Shown piece by piece: positions 28,261 through 39,358 of a stretch of 50,251 bases of DNA. Both the position numbers and the translations under genes were made by a program. The stretch comes from Bdellovibrionota bacterium. Its GTDB lineage: Bacteria > Bdellovibrionota_C > UBA2361 > OMII01. Position 1 is the stretch's first letter. Every line of letters begins with the position of its first letter. Under the pieces are notes generated by a model. It was not told where the DNA came from. It ran no database searches and was given only the letters and a program-made list of their open reading frames with translations. The DNA is taken from NCBI GenBank assembly GCA_044356215.1, contig JBIKWQ010000015.1, positions 1 to 50,251 on the forward strand. Reading direction: 5' to 3'.

Positions 28261-30036
28261 CTACTCCCCCTCAACCGCCAACAAAGTAGCCTGCAACTCC
28301 TGATTCCCGCCGTAGTTATTTATATCAGGCTTGCACGCGATCATTACTTTGTTTCCTACCTGCAACGCCGGATGCGATGTCTGGCGCCACATCAGCCCAG
28401 TAATGAAGCGCTTGCCGTCGGTTAGTAGAACTTTTAGATGCGCGTCTTTTAACACTCGAGATTCTTTAACTGTAAGCCCCTTTAGTAAAACTACTGGAGC
28501 TGGATTCCCCATACCAAACGGAGCCAGCCCTTCAAGCTGTTTAACTAACAACGGGGTGCACTCCTCAAGATTCGCCTCAGTATCAACATCTACAAAGGGC
28601 TCTTTCTCGATCTTCTCTAGCCGTTTGGCGCACTCCGCCACAAAAGCCGCTTTAAAAGCTAGTACGTTATCCTCATGCACTGAGAACCCTCCCGCTCCCT
28701 CGTGGCCTCCGAATTTTATCAGGTGCTCTTTCACCGAGGCCAAAGCCTCAACAACACTAAATCCACGAATCCCACGAACCGAGCCCTTCCATATTCCCGG
28801 GGAATCCATCCCCATTACCGCCGCAGGTCGATAGAAGTGCTCAACCAGTCTCTGCGCGACGATACCGATTACTCCGGTGTGAAACTCCTCGTGCCACGCG
28901 ACTAACCCAGATAACTCATTCCCTTCTCCCCGCTGGGCGCTAGATTCAATCTCGCGCTCGACCTGCTCTATGGCGCGCTCTTTTACGATCCCCTCAATAG
29001 TCTGGCGCTCGGCGTTAAGCTCATTTAAGTCTCGGGCTAGCTTGTCAGCTCTGATCGAATCCCTGGTGGTTAGGAGCTCGACTACTAATTCACCATGAAC
29101 GATACGACCCGCCGCGTTAAGTCGCGGGCCGATACCGAAGGAGACATCGCTACACCCAACCGCCCCCTTAATTCCGATAACGTTTCTAAGGGCTCTTAAG
29201 CCAGGACGCTTTGATACGGTTAAGCTCTCTAAGCCACGCTTGGCGATGACACGATTTACCCCGATTAACGGAACCATATCGCAGATGGTCCCTAAGCAGG
29301 CGAGCTCCAGATAATCCTTCGCGTCTATGCCGCGATCGCCAAACTCCTTTGTCAACGCTAGCACCAGATACCAAGCGAGCCCTGCCGCACAAGCTATGCC
29401 GTTAGCGAAACCACATCCTTTTTGATGCGGATTAATAAAGATATCCGCAGGAGGTGGCTCACCGCTCATATGGTGGTGATCGACCACTATGGTTTTTAAT
29501 CCAAGCTCCTTAGCGATCGTTAGTTCTTTAACGTTAGTAGTTCCGAAGTCTATCGTTAGCAGTAACGCGAAGCCTGAAGTAGCTATCTCTTGAACGGTTT
29601 TTTCATTTAGTCCGTAGCCATCAGCGAAACGATCAGGAACAAATACTTTTGACTTTATACCGGCGGCGTTAAAGAAATCGTGGACAACCGAGCCACCCGA
29701 GAGGCCATCAACATCGAAATCACAGCAGATAGCGATCTTTCCACCAGCCCGGTGACACTCCGCTATCGCTTTAGCCGCTTCTTTTAAGTTCTTTAAGCGA
29801 CTCGGGTCGGGAAGCCCATTTTTTAAAGTAGGCGCGATGTAGTTCTTTAGATCCTCTCCCGGAGAAAAACCGCGCGCTGCCAATACCCTTCCAACTACAG
29901 GACTTACTTTAAGCTCATCGGTTAGATCGCTTGCGCGCGCTAGATCCTGCTGACGCAAGCGGATCCGTTTATTTACGCGCGCCAAAGCGCCCCCTTTTCC
30001 GGAGTGCCCGTCGGATCTGTATGCTGGTATCGTCAT
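28261..30036 (-). CDS. recJ: Single-stranded-DNA-specific exonuclease RecJ
   Basis: DFDVDG, PDRFADGYGLN, VDHH, GTICDMVPL, GPRLNAAGR, GGHEGAGG, PFGMGNP. Confidence 0.97.
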   Translation of the reverse strand: MTIPAYRSDGHSGKGGALARVNKRIRLRQQDLARASDLTDELKVSPVVGRVLAARGFSPGEDLKNYIAPTLKNGLPDPSRLKNLKEAAKAIAECHRAGGKIAICCDFDVDGLSGGSVVHDFFNAAGIKSKVFVPDRFADGYGLNEKTVQEIATSGFALLLTIDFGTTNVKELTIAKELGLKTIVVDHHHMSGEPPPADIFINPHQKGCGFANGIACAAGLAWYLVLALTKEFGDRGIDAKDYLELACLGTICDMVPLIGVNRVIAKRGLESLTVSKRPGLRALRNVIGIKGAVGCSDVSFGIGPRLNAAGRIVHGELVVELLTTRDSIRADKLARDLNELNAERQTIEGIVKERAIEQVEREIESSAQRGEGNELSGLVAWHEEFHTGVIGIVAQRLVEHFYRPAAVMGMDSPGIWKGSVRGIRGFSVVEALASVKEHLIKFGGHEGAGGFSVHEDNVLAFKAAFVAECAKRLEKIEKEPFVDVDTEANLEECTPLLVKQLEGLAPFGMGNPAPVVLLKGLTVKESRVLKDAHLKVLLTDGKRFITGLMWRQTSHPALQVGNKVMIACKPDINNYGGNQELQATLLAVEGE

Positions 30037-30188
30037 AAGAGACCGTGGTTATAGCATCTGAGATGGTGAAGTAAAGTTGTAACTACTCGAAAGACCAGCG
30101 ATGACACCGAGGGACGAGAGCTGACTATTACCCACATCCTCGGTGATAAGTCTTCACAGAGAGTGTTCAGGACAATAGGTAGGTAAAA

Positions 30189-30399
30189 CTCTTTCCCAGC
30201 TCGCCGTTCTCATTTACTCTTTGTAAAGAATGAGCAATTCGTTAATCCTAAGCAATTTTTTCACAACTAGGCCAGCGAAGGGAAGGTATAAGCCGCACCG
30301 TCAGTATCCCCCCCCTCTGTCCGTTCTCGCTGGCCTCTTTGTTTAAATTAAAACCTCAGCGGATCCTTTTTGTACAAAGAGAGCGGCGAGAGAAAAGAG
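30189..30399. ncRNA. Candidate structured RNA or inverted-repeat cluster (rod-like, ~210 nt)
   Basis: Outer stem CTCGCCGTTCTC/GAGAGCGGCGAG with CTCTTT/AAAGAG, inner stem AGGCCAGCGA/TCGCTGGCCT, AT-rich central bubble; no family recognised. Confidence 0.4.
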
Positions 30400-30490
30400 G
30401 GAGGAAGTATAAAAGAGGTTGAGTGCTGCCTGGCAGGACTGAACTAAATCCAAGATTATTACCAATACATCTCCCCTCTCAGCTACTACT

Positions 30491-30499
30491 TGTGGATAA
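30491..30499 (-). promoter_or_regulatory. Single perfect DnaA box
   Basis: TGTGGATAA in the recJ / mntA divergent region. Confidence 0.35.
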
Positions 30500-30598
30500 A
30501 GTTAAAGGTCTGGGGTAGCTATTTCCAGTGAGTGCCTACGTATTACTTTTTCGACCGCTCTGGGCATGGTATCCTTTCCGCGGATTGGTTTATACAGC

Positions 30599-30991
30599 AT
30601 GTTAATAAAAACTCGATTAAAGCGCGGCTTCCCTGGAATCGACGCGATCTTAAGACGACATAAAGTAGAGCTCGCGTATATCTTCGGCTCGACCGCCAGT
30701 GGCGATCGGCTAAAGAACAGCGATGTCGATCTCGCTGTTATGTTACCGCGAAAGCTTAGCTCTCAAGCCCGTTTTAAAAAACGGCTAGGGCTAATCGCCG
30801 ACCTAACCGATCGCTACCGCAAGGATTTCGATGTGGTTGTCTTAAATGACATCGAGTCACCGATATTTAACTTCTCAATTATCGCCAGCCGAGGATTGGT
30901 CTACTGCCCGGATGAATTAGTGGCGCTAAATTTCGAATCAAGAGTTCTGGCTCTTCATGATGAGGCTGTGTTTATTAGAGAGAGAGATTAA
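30599..30991 (+). CDS. MNT minimal nucleotidyltransferase antitoxin (MntA-like)
   Basis: YIFGSTASGDRLKNSDVDLAV (GS-x10-DxD), DVVVLN; start 30599 or 30566. Confidence 0.88.
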   Translation: MLIKTRLKRGFPGIDAILRRHKVELAYIFGSTASGDRLKNSDVDLAVMLPRKLSSQARFKKRLGLIADLTDRYRKDFDVVVLNDIESPIFNFSIIASRGLVYCPDELVALNFESRVLALHDEAVFIRERD

Positions 30992-31413
30992 TGTCTACGA
31001 AAGCACGGGCGATTATCGTCGCGAAATTAGCTAGGTTGGCGGAGTACCTCGGATATCTAAAGGAGCTCGGTCGCTTCGCCGAGGATCGATTTATTAAGGA
31101 CTACAGGCTGTACGGGCTAGCTGAGCGGTATTTGCAATTATCGATTGAGATCGTAATTGATATATCCAGGCAACTCTTAATCGTTCTTGATGTTGAGAGA
31201 CCTGAGTCCAATACAGAGATGTTTGAGATCCTTGTTGAACGAAAAATTATCTCTCGTAAACTATACGAGAAATTAAGACTCATGGTCGGTTTCCGTAATA
31301 TTTTAGTTCACGACTATATGAAGATCGACCGAAGGGTGGTCTACAGAGCTCTCAAAGATGAGCTAAGAGATATCGAGCAATTTAAGCGAGCAGTCAATAA
31401 GAAGCTAAAGTAA
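30991..31413 (+). CDS. HEPN/DUF86 RNase toxin (HepT-like)
   Basis: ERYLQLSIE, GFRNILVHDY (R-x4-H-x-Y); TAATG coupling to the MNT gene. Confidence 0.9.
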   Translation: MSTKARAIIVAKLARLAEYLGYLKELGRFAEDRFIKDYRLYGLAERYLQLSIEIVIDISRQLLIVLDVERPESNTEMFEILVERKIISRKLYEKLRLMVGFRNILVHDYMKIDRRVVYRALKDELRDIEQFKRAVNKKLK

Positions 31414-31455
31414 TTAAGTAAACCCAGCCTGAATCACTCGCTCAGGGTTACCACC

Positions 31456-32241
31456 CTACCTATACAAAAACGGATAAATAACCATAGTCCGCGCATACGA
31501 CAGCGCCTTTAGCGGAATCGTCCACCAATACTTAAAGCTCTTTATCGCCGACGCCACAGCGACTCGCATATCATCTCTAAACTGTTTTCCGTAAGAGGTG
31601 TTACTCTTTGTCCCCTCGATCCTTCTAAATCCAGCGATATCTCGCGGCAAAACTATCGGCGCTCCAGCTACCTTGGCTATCCTTAGCCAGTACTCGTAAT
31701 CCATCACTAGGTTTTCACGCTCTGAGAAATATCCAACACGTGTAAGCGCATCACGTCTTAGGAATACAGCGGGCTGACAGATAAAGTTCTCAATTAATAG
31801 GAGGCTGTAAGAGTAATTTCTTAGAAGAAAATTCTTGTAGCGAGTAATTATCCCGTGAAACTCAGCCCCTGATTTATCGATAATCGCGCACTGACCTACT
31901 AGCCAGAGCTTATCGGGGTTGTTTTTAAACTCAGTCACCACACTACTTAAAGCACCCTCACGGTAAACATCATCGGCGTTTAAGAAAGCGATGATATCCC
32001 CTGTGGCGTGGCGTAAACCTAGATTAATTCCCTGTGATTGATTCGTTCCGGTGGCGTCGATTAATTTAATCCGCTCACCGTAGCGTGAGATAATCTTTAA
32101 AGTATCATCTTTAGAGCCGGCATCGGTGATGATGTACTCTAATTCAAAATCACCACTCTGCGAGAGGATACTCTCTATCGTATCAACGATAGTGGCCTGC
32201 GAATTAAAGCACGTGGTGACTATCGATACCTTCATCGCCAC
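31456..32241 (-). CDS. Glycosyltransferase family 2
   Basis: VSIVTTCFN, ITDAGSKD, FLNADD, ICQPAVF, MDYEYWLR. Confidence 0.92.
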   Translation of the reverse strand: MAMKVSIVTTCFNSQATIVDTIESILSQSGDFELEYIITDAGSKDDTLKIISRYGERIKLIDATGTNQSQGINLGLRHATGDIIAFLNADDVYREGALSSVVTEFKNNPDKLWLVGQCAIIDKSGAEFHGIITRYKNFLLRNYSYSLLLIENFICQPAVFLRRDALTRVGYFSERENLVMDYEYWLRIAKVAGAPIVLPRDIAGFRRIEGTKSNTSYGKQFRDDMRVAVASAIKSFKYWWTIPLKALSYARTMVIYPFLYR

Positions 32242-32250
32242 CGATACTAC

Positions 32251-32682
32251 TTACTTAGCGGCTAAAACCTTAAGCGCCTCGATGCGGGCTACCTTCTGGC
32301 TTAAAGCCTCCCACTCAGGATCGAATAGGCTTAATGTCTCTAACTGTGTCTTTAGAAGTGAGATGTCCTGATTAACAAGGGCTGTATCGAGCGAATCAGG
32401 GTTATCTACCGTATCAGCTAAGAGTGTTAAGGTAGTGCCCTTAAATGTGCAGATTCCACCTGATACTAAGCACCTCTTAACAGAAGCGGTGGCATTAACT
32501 CCAGTCGCTTGGCTAACCGAGTAAGAAACTAACCCGGTGCCAAGCAACCCTACGTACTCACAGTGATCCGCCAGGACGCCGATCTCGCCGTTCTCGGTTG
32601 GTACGGTAACCTCTGTTACTGTGGCCTCGATCTCTAGTCCACGACCAGAAAAGACCTTTAATTGAAAACTGGCGTCAGTCAT
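32251..32682 (-). CDS. atpC: ATP synthase F1 epsilon
   Basis: VPTENGEIGVLADH, VSGG, LADT; position after atpD. Confidence 0.9.
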   Translation of the reverse strand: MTDASFQLKVFSGRGLEIEATVTEVTVPTENGEIGVLADHCEYVGLLGTGLVSYSVSQATGVNATASVKRCLVSGGICTFKGTTLTLLADTVDNPDSLDTALVNQDISLLKTQLETLSLFDPEWEALSQKVARIEALKVLAAK

Positions 32683-32714
32683 CTATTCCTCACTCACTAT
32701 GATAAAGAATGTCT

Positions 32715-34196
<1,482 letters not shown>

Positions 34197-34200
34197 TTAT

Positions 34201-35091
34201 CTACTTAAGCGCCTCAGCTCCACCTACGATATCGAGTAGCTGGCTGGTAATTCCGCTCTGACGCAGCTTATTACGCTTAAGCGTCAATGAGTGGATCAGC
34301 TCTTTGGCGTTCTTTGTAGCGTTATCCATCGCTGTCATACGGCTTGCATGCTCGCTAGCCTTTGTATCAAAGGCCGCTTGACGGGTCATCGCGCGCACGA
34401 TACGAGGAACAACAGCGTCGAACACACGTTGTGGATTTGGCTCAAAGAGGGTGATTCCGGTTGCCGCGGCGCCCGCATCAACAGCGCTCACCGTAACGGC
34501 ATCGCGGCTTAGTGGGATCAGTCGCTCTGCAACTGCGGTCTGCGAAATCGCTGAGCGGAAACGGGTATAAACCACGTGCAGCTCATCGAACTCGCCCTTG
34601 ATAAAATCGATCTCTAGCTTCTGACAGAGATCTTGAAGCGGCCAAGCAGATGGATCATCGCTTAAGCTCTCAAGCGCCTCTACATAAGGACGTCCCACAC
34701 GGCGGAAATACTCAGCCGGTTTCTTTCCTAATAGAACACTCGATATCTCGCATCCTGGATGCTTTTCGGCTAGCTCCTTGCAGAGCTGCTCAAAGCGTCT
34801 ATTTACGTTTGTGTTAAAGGCGCCGCACAATCCACGACTCGCCCCAAGCACCAACACGCGAACCTTCTTCACCGATTGCTTCGCCTCTAAGAGCGGGTGC
34901 GAGAACTCGCCGGTGCCACCCTGTAGCTGCGCTAACACACCCTTTAGGGAATCTGTGTAGGCGCGCGAACGGGTTACCGCCTCCTGCGTCTTCCGCAGTT
35001 TAGCGGCCGACACCAGCTTCATCGCTGAAGTGATCTTCTTTGTGTTGTTCACCGACTTAAGGCGTCGGCGAATCTCCTTTAAGCCTGCCAT
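34201..35091 (-). CDS. atpG: ATP synthase F1 gamma
   Basis: KITSAMKLVSAAKL, RGLCGAFN, SRMTAMDNATKNA, RQSGIT. Confidence 0.98.
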   Translation of the reverse strand: MAGLKEIRRRLKSVNNTKKITSAMKLVSAAKLRKTQEAVTRSRAYTDSLKGVLAQLQGGTGEFSHPLLEAKQSVKKVRVLVLGASRGLCGAFNTNVNRRFEQLCKELAEKHPGCEISSVLLGKKPAEYFRRVGRPYVEALESLSDDPSAWPLQDLCQKLEIDFIKGEFDELHVVYTRFRSAISQTAVAERLIPLSRDAVTVSAVDAGAAATGITLFEPNPQRVFDAVVPRIVRAMTRQAAFDTKASEHASRMTAMDNATKNAKELIHSLTLKRNKLRQSGITSQLLDIVGGAEALK

Positions 35092-35105
35092 GCGCTATCG
35101 CTCCT

Positions 35106-36707
35106 TTATGCCGCTGTAGCGTGAGTCTGTTGCCCCTTAGCGGCTCCGGCGTGAGCGCCGTTTCCGTTAGTCGAGACCTTTTGAGCGCTAACCGCTGTTC
35201 CAGCGATGAACTGCTCAAGGAATCCACCGATCGCCTTATTTAAGCGCTCAGTAATATCCTTGGTTAGCTCAGCCTTAGTGCGGAGATCGTTCATAAGATC
35301 TGTCTGGCTCGTTAACATGTAACGGTGCAGAGCATCCTCGAAAGGACGAACTTGAGAAACCTCAAGCTTATCCGTAAATCCGTTAGCGACCGTGTAGATC
35401 GAGAGAACCTGAAGCTCTACCGGCATCGGCACGTTCTGTCCCTGCTTTAAGATCTCAACGAGACGAGCGCCCTTAGCGAGCTGCGCTCTTGTAGCAGGAT
35501 CTAGATCTGAACCGAACTGCGCGAACGCTTGCTTCTCACGGTACTGAGCGAGATCGAGACGGAGAGTTCCGGCGATCTTCTTCATCGCCTTAACCTGTGC
35601 TGCTCCTCCTACACGCGATACCGAGAGACCTACGTTTACCGCTGGTCTGATACCTGAGTTAAAGAGATCGGCCTCTAGGAAGATCTGACCATCTGTAATC
35701 GAGATTACGTTGGTTGGGATGTATGCTGACACATCGCCTTCGAGTGTCTCAATGATCGGCAGAGCTGTTAAAGATCCACCACCCAAAGCGTCACTTAACT
35801 TAGCAGCACGCTCTAAGAGGCGGCTGTGTAGATAGAACACGTCTCCTGGGTAAGCCTCACGTCCTGGTGGACGACGAGTTAGGAGCGAAACCGCGCGGTA
35901 AGCTACTGCGTGCTTGGTTAGATCGTCGTAGATCACCAAAGCATGCTTGCCTTTGCCCATGAAATACTCGCCCATCGCGCATCCGGTGTACGGAGCTAAG
36001 AACGACATCGGGGACGGCTCTGAAGCAGTAGCGGCAACCACGATTGTGTGGTCCATAGCGCCGTGCTCCTTAAGACGCTCTACCACCTGAACAACAGATG
36101 AGCGCTTCTGGCCGATAGCTACATAGATACAGATTACGCCGTTACCCTTCTGATTGATGATGGTGTCGATCGCTACAGTGGTCTTACCGGTTTTCTTATC
36201 ACCGATGATAAGCTCACGTTGACCACGACCAACTGGGGTCATCGAATCGATCGCCTTTAGACCGGTTTGCATCGGCTCGTGAACGGACTTACGACCAACG
36301 ATTCCAGGGGCCTTGATCTCGATACGACGAGTCTCAGTTGTCTTGATATCACCAAGTCCGTCGATCGGATTTCCAAGAGCGTCAACCACGCGGCCAACTA
36401 GCTCATCGCCTACTGGAACTGCGGCGATCTTGCCGGTGCGCTTAACCGTATCGCCCTCGGCGATCTCGGTGCTCTCACCCATAACAACCACGGCAACCTG
36501 ATCCTCTTCGAGGTTAAAGGCCAAACCCTTTGTGCCGTTAGCGAACTCCACGAGCTCACCCAACCCGACCTTTCCTAGGCCGTAAACACGGGCGATTCCG
36601 TCTCCAACGCTCAGCACTGTGCCGACCTCGCTGAGATCCTGATTGGTGGTTGCGCCACCGATCTTCTCTTTGATGATTCTGCTAATCTCATCTGCTCTTA
36701 TGTCCAT
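35106..36707 (-). CDS. atpA: ATP synthase F1 alpha
   Basis: [45 protein letters not shown]. Confidence 0.99.
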   Translation of the reverse strand: MDIRADEISRIIKEKIGGATTNQDLSEVGTVLSVGDGIARVYGLGKVGLGELVEFANGTKGLAFNLEEDQVAVVVMGESTEIAEGDTVKRTGKIAAVPVGDELVGRVVDALGNPIDGLGDIKTTETRRIEIKAPGIVGRKSVHEPMQTGLKAIDSMTPVGRGQRELIIGDKKTGKTTVAIDTIINQKGNGVICIYVAIGQKRSSVVQVVERLKEHGAMDHTIVVAATASEPSPMSFLAPYTGCAMGEYFMGKGKHALVIYDDLTKHAVAYRAVSLLTRRPPGREAYPGDVFYLHSRLLERAAKLSDALGGGSLTALPIIETLEGDVSAYIPTNVISITDGQIFLEADLFNSGIRPAVNVGLSVSRVGGAAQVKAMKKIAGTLRLDLAQYREKQAFAQFGSDLDPATRAQLAKGARLVEILKQGQNVPMPVELQVLSIYTVANGFTDKLEVSQVRPFEDALHRYMLTSQTDLMNDLRTKAELTKDITERLNKAIGGFLEQFIAGTAVSAQKVSTNGNGAHAGAAKGQQTHATAA

Positions 36708-36746
36708 AGCGTTCCTTTCCTCTTCGATTGTTATCTGTAAATTTAC

Positions 36747-37313
36747 TTAAGCTAGCTGCGACGCGAGGCGTTGTAGTGTTCCAGCTACGGAACGATCTAA
36801 AAGCCTATCGCCAATCCGAATCGTCATACCACCCAACAAACTCGGATCGTGTTTAACACTTACCGTTACCTCTCCGCCTAAAGACTGAGAGAGCCGCGCC
36901 TTAACATCAGAGATAACCTCTGGTGTAACAGGATTAGCGACGCTTACCGACAACGTTAAGCTCTTACGGTACTCATTAACGAGCGCGCTGAAAAATTCAG
37001 AAACGGCAGGGAATATCGCCGCTTTGCGCAGGCTAACTAAGGTCTGCACTGTGCGCTCTGTCGCCTGATTCGCCCAACCATTAACTCCACTAACGGAGCT
37101 TAAAGACTTAACCAAGCTATCAACTATCTCAGCACGTGTATTATCCTGAACACTAGGATTAAGCATGCTCTGACGAAACTCAGGGGAGCCGCTCCATACT
37201 GAGGCCAACACCTTTAACTGCGCCGCAGTTGCGTCGAACTCAGTTGGTTGGCAGACCTCAAAGAGCGCTCTCGCGTATCTCTTTGCAACTCTGTCGTGTT
37301 TTGCCGCTGTCAT
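36747..37313 (-). CDS. atpH: ATP synthase delta
   Basis: VAKRYARALFE, DPSLLGGMTIRIGDRLLDRSV. Confidence 0.95.
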   Translation of the reverse strand: MTAAKHDRVAKRYARALFEVCQPTEFDATAAQLKVLASVWSGSPEFRQSMLNPSVQDNTRAEIVDSLVKSLSSVSGVNGWANQATERTVQTLVSLRKAAIFPAVSEFFSALVNEYRKSLTLSVSVANPVTPEVISDVKARLSQSLGGEVTVSVKHDPSLLGGMTIRIGDRLLDRSVAGTLQRLASQLA

Positions 37314-37361
37314 CTACTAATCGCCCCTACTCTAAAGTTTTGTTGTTTCGATCCCCGTTAT

Positions 37362-37961
37362 TTAGTTCTGAACTAAGCTCTTAGCGCGAGTTACCGCCGC
37401 CGCTTGGTAAGCACTGTCTCGTCCAGCGAAATCTCCCGAGGCAAAACGCTCCTTAGCTAACTGCAGAGCGCGCGATACAAGCGACTGCTTAAACGATACC
37501 TGCGCGGATCTCGTCTCTCCCTTTAATAGCTCACGTGCCTGGTCTTTAATTCGCGTGGCACGTTGCTGCGCCTGCTTAATCACATCATCAGCCTCCGCGT
37601 TGGCCTGCTCTACTAACTGCTGCTTAATCTTATCCTGCTCTAGTGGGAGCACCTTGATTAAGGCCTCGATTGCGTTTAGCTCGCGCTCTGCCGCATCTAC
37701 ATCTTCCCCCGATTGAGTCACTGTCTGCTTGATGCGAGCGACTCGCGCGGCCCACCCCTTGGCGAGCGGCTTGCGAAGGATGTAAGTCATTAAACCGATA
37801 TAGAGGACGAAGTTAATCCAGTAGAATGTCAGATCGCCAATGGATGGCTCGCCGTGACCAGACGACGCGAACGCTGCGCTCGGTAGCGCGGTAGTAACCA
37901 GTGCTAAAGAGTTTAATACTTTAGAGATAGAGTTCATGTTGGTGCTTTCTGAGATCGTCAT
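37362..37961 (-). CDS. atpF: ATP synthase F0 subunit b
   Basis: Leader ...AFAS, TM WINFVLYIGLMTYILRKP, long coiled coil; position before atpH. Confidence 0.85.
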   Translation of the reverse strand: MTISESTNMNSISKVLNSLALVTTALPSAAFASSGHGEPSIGDLTFYWINFVLYIGLMTYILRKPLAKGWAARVARIKQTVTQSGEDVDAAERELNAIEALIKVLPLEQDKIKQQLVEQANAEADDVIKQAQQRATRIKDQARELLKGETRSAQVSFKQSLVSRALQLAKERFASGDFAGRDSAYQAAAVTRAKSLVQN

Positions 37962-38048
37962 GCGTTTATTCTTAAATCTCTCTTTCAGTAGCTTGTTTTT
38001 TGGCCGCCGGTCTCACCGTATCTTTAGAGCGACCAGTAAAGCGCCGGT

Positions 38049-38077
38049 AGGATAGCCGCAAACGGTTGAGAAGTCGA
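38049..38077 (-). promoter_or_regulatory. Putative atp operon promoter (TCGACT-N17-TATCCT)
   Basis: Canonical spacing on the minus strand, 16 bp from the MITE end. Confidence 0.45.
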
Positions 38078-38093
38078 TATTTCGGAGGTGAAA

Positions 38094-38256
38094 AAGGGCG
38101 TCGCAGTTCTTTATCACCACAGAGGACGCAGAGGACACAGAGAACGGCCATTTTATGGGTAATTATGGGGTTTTCTCTGTGTCCTCTGCGTCCTCTGTGG
38201 TAAAAAATATTTTACTTATTATCCCAGCAGCTTACCAAAAACACTGCGACGCCCTG
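38094..38256 (+). mobile_element. MITE-like hairpin element, full 163-bp copy
   Basis: TIRs AAGGGCGTCGCAGT / ACTGCGACGCCCTG; 29-bp internal inverted repeat; no local TSD. Confidence 0.92.
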
Positions 38257-38264
38257 CTAAAGCC

Positions 38265-38426
38265 CAGAGCGCAAAGTATTTTTTGTAATCCTCTGGGATA
38301 ATTAGTGACATATTTCTACCACAGATGACGCAGGCGACTCGGCGAAAACTCGATAATTGCCCGTAAAATGGCTGTTCTCTGTGTCCTCTGCTTCCTCTGT
38401 GGTGAAAAATAACTGCGCGCGCTCTT
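38265..38426 (-). mobile_element. Degenerate older copy of the MITE-like element, inverted and adjacent to the previous copy
   Basis: CAGAGCG...ACCACAGATGACGCAG...ATAATTGCCCGTAAAATGGCTGTTCTCTGTGTCCTCTG...ACTGCGCGCGCTCT. Confidence 0.85.
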
Positions 38427-38633
38427 AAACGGAACGGGGCAAGTTGAAAAACGGCCAGAGAAGCTACGCTAAGTTTCTTGACTCGGCTTTTTCAGGGCGG
38501 GTGTTTCGGTGTTCTTAAAGAAGAGCGACAAAGCCACGCTTACGCGAAGTTTTTGAGTCTTTACAGCGGCTTATCTGATGCCTCGCGAAAGCAAACATTT
38601 ACTTACGAGAAAATGTTCCTTATAGTTAAGAGA

Positions 38634-39188
38634 GTGGAAGTACTACGCACAATCCAAGCATACGCTGAGTTAAAAGGGCTGCGATTTTTAGTCATCGGCG
38701 GTCATGCGGTCAATTGCTTCGGGTTGGCGAGACAGACTGGGGATATTGATCTTCTGGTTGAAGGAGATAATGCTTCCAATTGGACCGAACTTCTAGTGAA
38801 GCTAGATTACCGACCCGGTCAGAATGATTCAAGATTTGCCCGCTTCCGCTCGAGTTACTTAGCGGCTTGGCCCATTGATTTAATGTTCGTCGACTCCAGT
38901 ACATTTGAGAAGATGTACGCCGAGAGTCTAACATTCGAGATAGGGGTCAGCAGAGTAAAGGTGGTGAGCGCCAGGCATCTTGTAGTTCTTAAGCTTCACG
39001 CGTTGAAAGTTTACCAGGAGAGCCGATACTTAAAAGATTATAATGACCTGACGGGACTTATGCGTGCGGGAAAGGCTGTATTTGAAGAGAGCGAATTTCG
39101 AGATCTGTGTGTTAGATACGCGTCTCTTGAACTCTTTAATAAGGTCTCTGCTGAGCTAAAATTATGGAAGATAGAAAAGAATCAGTAA
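38634..39188 (+). CDS. Nucleotidyltransferase-fold protein (Pol-beta superfamily, AbiEii/DUF6036-like)
   Basis: FLVIGGHAV, RQTGDIDLLV, IDLMF, LVVLKL, KDYNDL; start GTG 38634 after TTTACT-N17-TATAGT. Confidence 0.8.
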   Translation: MEVLRTIQAYAELKGLRFLVIGGHAVNCFGLARQTGDIDLLVEGDNASNWTELLVKLDYRPGQNDSRFARFRSSYLAAWPIDLMFVDSSTFEKMYAESLTFEIGVSRVKVVSARHLVVLKLHALKVYQESRYLKDYNDLTGLMRAGKAVFEESEFRDLCVRYASLELFNKVSAELKLWKIEKNQ

Positions 39189-39358
39189 TAGCTCAGAACT
39201 TAGAGTTTCCAGAGGCGCCTTACTTCATGGCCGAGGTGGTTTCTTTTTCAGCGACAGAAATGGCGGAGATGTGTGAGCGAATGCTCCCGGTTTGGAATGA
39301 AAAACGATACTCTAAGCCAGATCCTGAATTCATAGGAGAACCGTTCAGCTTGGATTAA
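39164..39358 (+). CDS. Small acidic protein overlapping the nucleotidyltransferase gene
   Basis: 64 aa, 25-nt overlap, LEFP...EPFSLD. Confidence 0.65.
   Translation: MEDRKESVIAQNLEFPEAPYFMAEVVSFSATEMAEMCERMLPVWNEKRYSKPDPEFIGEPFSLD

Noticed and set aside
30037..30565. RNase P RNA, tmRNA or SRP RNA in the recJ intergenic region
   Set aside because: I found no GAGGAAAGUCC / AACAGAA..CGGCUUA pair, no tRNA-like ends and no SRP loop motif on either strand.
38478..38633. Long N-terminal extension of the nucleotidyltransferase (similarly 14660, 24786, 3912, 34190, 45840 starts)
   Set aside because: Homologous domains begin later, and promoter or RBS signals point to the downstream starts used above.
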